A DNA stretch of 64,000 nucleotides from Flavobacteriales bacterium (GTDB lineage: Bacteria; Bacteroidota; Bacteroidia; Flavobacteriales_F; PHOS-HE28): positions 14,711 to 78,710 of the forward strand of contig JBDTSG010000013.1 of NCBI GenBank assembly GCA_039931265.1, in the 5' to 3' direction. Shown here piece after piece: positions 59,450-64,000 of the stretch (position 1 is its first letter; every line of letters starts with the position of its first letter). Position numbers and translations under genes: made by a program. The notes under the pieces were generated by a model. That model was not told where the DNA came from. It worked only from the letters and a program-made list of their open reading frames with translations, and made no database searches.

Positions 59450-59752
59450 TCAAGCGACATCCCACCTTACGGTGTAGGTGTTCATTGGCCCGACAAGGAA
59501 CCTGTTCATCGCTTCAACGAACCGCTTGTTGAAGTCGTCGATCCCATCGCGCTCGGCTTTCACCGTGAAGACATGTTGATAGCCATTGCCGATGACCACG
59601 TTGTAAACGTTCACACCCGGGTTGAGGATGAATTCTCCCTCAAGCATCCCTCCGAACGAAAGGGTCTCCAGCGTGCCGGGAAATGGGAACGCGATAACAG
59701 GTACGCCTCCGGCCAAGCGCAGATGGACAAGTGTGGGGAGCGATGGGAACAT
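59450..59752 (-). CDS. hypothetical small protein
   Basis: 100-aa ORF. The C-terminal 65 aa from MLEGEF (...VYNVVIGNGYQHVFTVKAERDGIDDFNKRFVEAMNRFL...) look globular. No motif recognised. Confidence 0.3.
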   Translation of the reverse strand: MFPSLPTLVHLRLAGGVPVIAFPFPGTLETLSFGGMLEGEFILNPGVNVYNVVIGNGYQHVFTVKAERDGIDDFNKRFVEAMNRFLVGPMNTYTVRWDVA

Positions 59753-59775
59753 TCACCCAAGGTATTGAACCATGC

Positions 59776-59803
59776 GCCGAAGGCAAGCGGCGGCGCTTGA
59801 GCA
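59776..59803. repeat. 28-bp sequence CGCCGAAGGCAAGCGGCGGCGCTTGAGC; intact 'empty-site' paralog of the MITE insertion locus at 60822..60975
   Basis: It is 28 of 28 identical to the sequence obtained by deleting the MITE and one TSD copy from 60822..60975. Confidence 0.7.
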
Positions 59804-59984
59804 GCCTGGTGCGGGGCGTTTGTTCCCCCACTTTCCCTCAAGAACGCCCCATTGCGGAACCCCCCTGCCTACCGCACCGGAAGCGGCTCCCCTTGCTGGG
59901 CACGCCCACACCGGGTATCGGCAATGGACTACGCCGGGAGCGTCAGCGGCACGGTAAGTGGACCCTTCCACCAAATCCTCAGAC

Positions 59985-60713
59985 ATGAAACACATACTAC
60001 TTGCTGTGGGTGCCTTTGCCCTTGGCACTTCCACGTTCGGCCAGACACTCGTCGGTGGCAAGGTCGGGCTCAACTACACCCTCATCAGTACCACCATCGA
60101 TCCCGAACCCGACGATGCACCGGACCAAGGTTCCGGCATCGGCTTCCACGCCGGTGGTTACGTTCAGTTCGGTATCTCGGAACATGTGGGCGTGCGGCCC
60201 GAAGTGCTTTTCTCCATGCGCGGGTTCCAGCAGGACCGCGTGTCCACCTCTTCCTCCAGCGGCCCGTTCGGCACCACCATTACGGACAGGAGCGAATCGA
60301 GCAACAGGACCGCATACAGTTATGTGGAGATCCCATTGCTGCTCTCGTTCCAAGCCAACAAGAAGTTCGGTGTGCAGGTGGGTCCCGGGCTCGGCCTGTT
60401 GATGGGCGGTAAGGTGAAGAGCAGCGGCTCCAGCACGCGCACCGTTACCGATGGCAATACTTCCACCGTCACCACCTCCGACTTCGATATGACCACCAGC
60501 GGATCCGATGTGACCGATGGCTTGCGGAAATTGGAGATCGGGGGCGTGGTGGGCATGATCTACGAGGCCGAAAGCGGAGTGAACTTCGGCATACGCTATT
60601 GGCGCGGGCTGAACACCGTGAACGAAGACACCTCCTACGGCGATGCCACGGTGAAGTCGTACACCAACCTGTTCCAGGCCTCGTTGGGCTACAGTTTCAT
60701 AAAGGCGGATTGA
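59985..60713 (+). CDS. outer-membrane beta-barrel protein (porin-family/OMP_b-brl_2-like)
   Basis: ATG at 59985 (MKHILLAVGAFALGTSTFGQ signal). Gly-rich alternating strands. C-terminal ...SLGYSFIKAD. Confidence 0.6.
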   Translation: MKHILLAVGAFALGTSTFGQTLVGGKVGLNYTLISTTIDPEPDDAPDQGSGIGFHAGGYVQFGISEHVGVRPEVLFSMRGFQQDRVSTSSSSGPFGTTITDRSESSNRTAYSYVEIPLLLSFQANKKFGVQVGPGLGLLMGGKVKSSGSSTRTVTDGNTSTVTTSDFDMTTSGSDVTDGLRKLEIGGVVGMIYEAESGVNFGIRYWRGLNTVNEDTSYGDATVKSYTNLFQASLGYSFIKAD

Positions 60714-60726
60714 TCCTCCCTTCGTA

Positions 60727-60758
60727 TGCTTCGCCAACCCCGGCCCAAAGGCCGGGGT
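60727..60758 (+). terminator. GC-rich hairpin AACCCCGGCC-CAAA-GGCCGGGGTT followed by GTGCATTTGG
   Basis: A 10-bp perfect stem with a 4-nt loop, 14 nt after the 60713 stop. Confidence 0.5.
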
Positions 60759-60837
60759 TGTGCATTTGGAGGTGATCAAGACCTGTCCCGGTAGGCCAAA
60801 GGCCTTAGACCAAAAGCCGCTCGCCGAAGGCAAGCGG

Positions 60838-60955
60838 CCAATGTCATTGAGTTAAGGGTGCCAAAGGCGTTCTTCCAGAAAGTATCCGTCCGGTCCGCCG
60901 TGCGTGGACTATGGGTCGGACGGAATCACAACCGACCTTAACTTGATGACATTGG
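60838..60955. mobile_element. 118-bp MITE-like element with 20-bp terminal inverted repeats and 8-bp target-site duplication
   Basis: TIR-L CCAATGTCATTGAGTTAAGG (60838..60857). TIR-R CCTTAACTTGATGACATTGG (60936..60955), 18 of 20 complementary. The direct repeat GCAAGCGG flanks it at 60830..60837 and 60956..60963. There is an internal hairpin TCCGTCCG...CGGACGGA. No ORF. Confidence 0.7.
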
Positions 60956-60998
60956 GCAAGCGGCGGCGCTTGAGCCGAGCACGGGCGCAGTGGTTGGT

Positions 60999-61517
60999 CT
61001 ACTTCCACAGCCTTTCCGCTCCATGGCGCTGCCAATAGCGTTTGCCATAACCGCAAAGCACCTCCTTGCCCGCAACGATGCGTCGCGTGGCACGCAGGCA
61101 CACCCGGTCACCATCATCCAGCGCGATCACGGCATTGTTGCGCAATGCGCTGCCTGCACTCCCCTGCGCATCGTTGGCGAACTTGGCGAAGCCCGCCACG
61201 CCCATGGTATCCAAGGTGGTGCCGTCCGGCAGTTCCATGAAGTAGCGGTCCAGCCCATGTGCAGCGCGGGCACCGGCCGCCTTGGCGGAAAGTCGTTCGC
61301 CGTGGAAGATGGCGATCACCTCGTCCGCGTAAATGGGAATGGCCGTGTACAGACCCTGCCCCGCACCCGGCAGACCCGATAGGGCTGTGTAGAGATATTC
61401 CTTTTCCGCTAACGGAATTCCATCGGGATCCATGCTGGCACGAACGTAGCGCCTAGCGCCCGCTACCGCCCTTCGAAACTCCCGGACTGCCTCCTCAGCC
61501 CTCCGGAATTTGCGCAT
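60999..61517 (-). CDS. SET-domain protein (putative protein-lysine methyltransferase)
   Basis: 172 aa. GLYTAIPIYADEVIAIFHGERL (SET-N-like). FANDAQGSAGSALRNNAVIALDDGDRVCLRATRRIVAGKEVLCGYGKRYW resembles the SET core/post-SET region, with NHS-like FAND and ELxxxYG. Confidence 0.5.
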   Translation of the reverse strand: MRKFRRAEEAVREFRRAVAGARRYVRASMDPDGIPLAEKEYLYTALSGLPGAGQGLYTAIPIYADEVIAIFHGERLSAKAAGARAAHGLDRYFMELPDGTTLDTMGVAGFAKFANDAQGSAGSALRNNAVIALDDGDRVCLRATRRIVAGKEVLCGYGKRYWQRHGAERLWK

Positions 61518-62121
61518 GTTCCACTGACCGAGCGGCGGCCGGGAGGAAGGGTGACCAGACCTGTCGCGACGGGCCAGGAGGCCCTAAAACACCCAGGCAA
61601 GGGAAAGCCCGAGCGCCAGCCCGCGCGCGACAGCCGAGGTTGTACGGGGGCACGCCCAGAGCTGGACCGGCGCGGCGGACAGCTCTTGGAACAACGCCGC
61701 CAACTGGGATGCTTGGCCGCTGGATGGCGAGGATGTGACCATTGACCCGGCGAGCTTCAGTGGCGCAGTGCCGACACCGATGATCTCAGCAACATCGATC
61801 AGGTCACCCGATCGCCGGGGTGCTTTAGTGCCCGTCTGCGATCCATCATGTGTGCGCACATGAAGGAATTGGTGAAGGACATCACGGATCGGGGTCGTTC
61901 CGCCTCCATTGCAACGCACTTTCCGATTGTAGTTGAGAGCGGTTATGCGCTGAGGCCATGGGTTACCGGCCTCGCTTCGGGTTGCGGCCCGGTTGTTCGT
62001 GCAGTGAAGACAGTTCACATGGGAAAGTCGCGGTGGTGGTGCCGAACCAGATGCTCTCACCATCCCTGACAACAAAGGCAGCGTCGTTCCCAATGAAAAG
62101 ACCTCAAACTCCCGCATCATC

Positions 62122-63738
62122 ATGAAGAGATCAATTCTTGTTTTCTGCTGCGTCATCGTCCATTTCTCTTTTGCGTATGCGCAGGGTCCCATCAAGGAAT
62201 GGGATGTTGATCTGGGTGCAGTGGACAATGAACAACTCTACAGTGTCCAGCAAACCAGTGATGGTGGGTACATACTCGGTGGATACTCCGATTCAGGCAT
62301 CAGTGGTGATAAGACACAAGCAAGCCGCGGAAGCTCCGATTACTGGATCGTAAAAACAGACGCGAGCGGCGTGCAACAATGGGACGCACGTTTTGGAGGC
62401 ACCAGTGTGGATCAACTAACGGCTCTCCAGCAAACAGCGGATGGGGGTTACATCCTTGGGGGTTTCTCCTTTTCCAACATTGGGGGTGATAAAACACAAG
62501 TCGGTCGAGGACAGAGCGACTACTGGCTCGTGAAAACCGATGGGAACGGCATACTGCAATGGGATGCGCGCTTTGGAGGAGATAGCCTTGACGAATTGCA
62601 TGCCCTTCAGCAAACCTCGGATGGAGGATACATACTCGGCGGATACTCGATGTCAGTTATTGGCGGTGATCAAACACATAGTCGGCTGGGCGGAAAGGAT
62701 TACTGGATCGTGAAGACGGATCCGAATGGTATTCAGCAATGGGATTCGCGTTTTGGAGGAGCACAATTCGACGAGTTGAACAGCATCATGGAAACCGCGG
62801 ACAACGGTTTCATAATGGGTGGTTACTCACTCTCTGGCGCAAGCGGGAACAAAACACAGCCAAACAAAGGCTCCTACGACTACTGGATCGTAAAGGCTGA
62901 TGCCAATGGCACCATGGAATGGGATGTTGACCTTGGAGGACTGAATGAAGACTGGCTAACGCAACTCCAGCAAACCGACGATGGAGGATACATCCTGGGC
63001 GGTTGGTCATGGTCAGGTGTCTCGGGTGATAAAACACAGCCCAGCAATGGTGATAATGACTATTGGATCATAAAGACCGACGCGAATGGTGTGTTGCTAT
63101 GGGATAAAGCCTTTGGAGGGAACACCAACGATTATATGTATGCCATTGAGCAGACGATCGATGGTGGATATGTGCTGGGTGGCTACTCCAGTTCGGGTGT
63201 TAGTGGTGATAAGACACAACCTACACAAGGTGGCACCGACTACTGGTTGGTCAAAGTCGCTGTGAATGGCGTTTTGCAATGGGATGCGGACTTTGGCGGA
63301 ACCGATTTTGATTTTCTCTATGCGCTCAGACAAACCAACGATGGCGGCTATATCCTGGGAGGGTACTCCTCTTCGGACATCGGTGGTGATAAAACACAAA
63401 TGAGCAAGGGAGTGAATGACTACTGGATCATAAAGACCGATGGCGGCTTTCTGTCAAGTGGAGTTGCTGGGCCCGGCGCAGGTGCTAGCGGACTTGGCAT
63501 ATTCCCCAATCCTGTTCCGCAGTATGCCACACTTTCCTTCACCTTGAGTGAAGCATCCGAAACCGTGATCGATCTTCTGGATATGAGCGGGCGAGTGATC
63601 GTATCACTCGCGGATGAGAAGCTTGCTGCAGGAGATCACACCATCCAGTTCAACCGACGCTCCATACAGGCAGGAGCCTACTTGTTGAGAGTGGGATCCG
63701 AAGAGGGTATGGCGATCATGAAAATGGTGATCGAGTAG
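62122..63738 (+). CDS. secreted tandem-repeat (beta-propeller-like, ~60-aa units) protein with T9SS type A C-terminal sorting domain
   Basis: Signal peptide MKRSILVFCCVIVHFSFAYAQ. Six to seven 180-bp repeats DYW(I/L)VKTDxNGxxQWDxxFGGxxxDxLxxxQQTxDGGYILGGYSxSxxxGDKTQ. C-terminus IFPNPVPQYATLSFTL...GAYLLRVGSEEGMAIMKMVIE. GC is visibly lower (~50%) than the rest of the window. Confidence 0.75.
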   Translation: MKRSILVFCCVIVHFSFAYAQGPIKEWDVDLGAVDNEQLYSVQQTSDGGYILGGYSDSGISGDKTQASRGSSDYWIVKTDASGVQQWDARFGGTSVDQLTALQQTADGGYILGGFSFSNIGGDKTQVGRGQSDYWLVKTDGNGILQWDARFGGDSLDELHALQQTSDGGYILGGYSMSVIGGDQTHSRLGGKDYWIVKTDPNGIQQWDSRFGGAQFDELNSIMETADNGFIMGGYSLSGASGNKTQPNKGSYDYWIVKADANGTMEWDVDLGGLNEDWLTQLQQTDDGGYILGGWSWSGVSGDKTQPSNGDNDYWIIKTDANGVLLWDKAFGGNTNDYMYAIEQTIDGGYVLGGYSSSGVSGDKTQPTQGGTDYWLVKVAVNGVLQWDADFGGTDFDFLYALRQTNDGGYILGGYSSSDIGGDKTQMSKGVNDYWIIKTDGGFLSSGVAGPGAGASGLGIFPNPVPQYATLSFTLSEASETVIDLLDMSGRVIVSLADEKLAAGDHTIQFNRRSIQAGAYLLRVGSEEGMAIMKMVIE

Positions 63739-64000
63739 GCACTTCTTTCTTTCCATTGATGTTGAGATGACCGACGTATAACGCTTCTCGAAAGCGACCT
63801 ACCTGCTACGAGCGATGTTGGCGGCGCTGCATGATCCGTTGTGCAACACAGTGGCGAATTGATCACTCACGCACGCGCTCGGCCCCGTTCCGGGACGCTG
63901 ACGCTTTTCGCCGAGTGCGCCCTCAACATAGGGGCTCTGCCCCGCCTTCTTGCTGATCACACAAGGCTTGCCACGGCGGGTCATGCGGCCCTAGAACCCG

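Noticed and set aside
61584-62228. 214-aa minus-strand ORF overlapping the start of 62122..63738
   Set aside because: Ser/Pro/Arg-rich with no start context, and it overlaps a well-supported gene. The frame 61621..61860(+) reading ...SWNNAANWDAWPLDGEDVTIDPASFSG... looked faintly protein-like but has no start codon and no motif; it may be a gene remnant.

Overview
High-GC (~60-63%) chromosomal segment that looks like Bacteroidota (FCB group). The call rests on T9SS type A and type B (CHU_C) C-terminal sorting domains, a PorP/SprF gene, SprB and PKD repeats, a long-form IspG, and the ftsX-DUF3098-uppP-truB-queA gene order. About half the window is housekeeping: rsmI, lepA, metF, purD, purQ, dnaG, ispB-like, rlmN, ispD, queA, truB, uppP, ftsX, leuS and ispG. 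The rest is cell-surface or T9SS cargo. Items: (1) two tandem FG-GAP/T9SS paralogs that share a ~776-bp near-identical internal tract; (2) an ECF sigma gene, then an overlapping anti-sigma-like protein that ends in a T9SS type B sorting domain, then two large NIDO-like/CHU_C adhesin paralogs; (3) a CotH-lamin-tail protein; (4) a large adhesin overlapped by PorP/SprF; (5) a lower-GC 60-aa-repeat protein at the window edge. No rRNA, tRNA or CRISPR array was seen. Non-coding finds are a MITE-like insertion with target-site duplication plus an intact paralogous empty site, and a ~35-bp palindromic element in three copies, one of them in-frame inside ispG. The provided ORF track uses ATG, GTG and TTG starts, so several first codons were moved to an internal ATG that follows a signal peptide.
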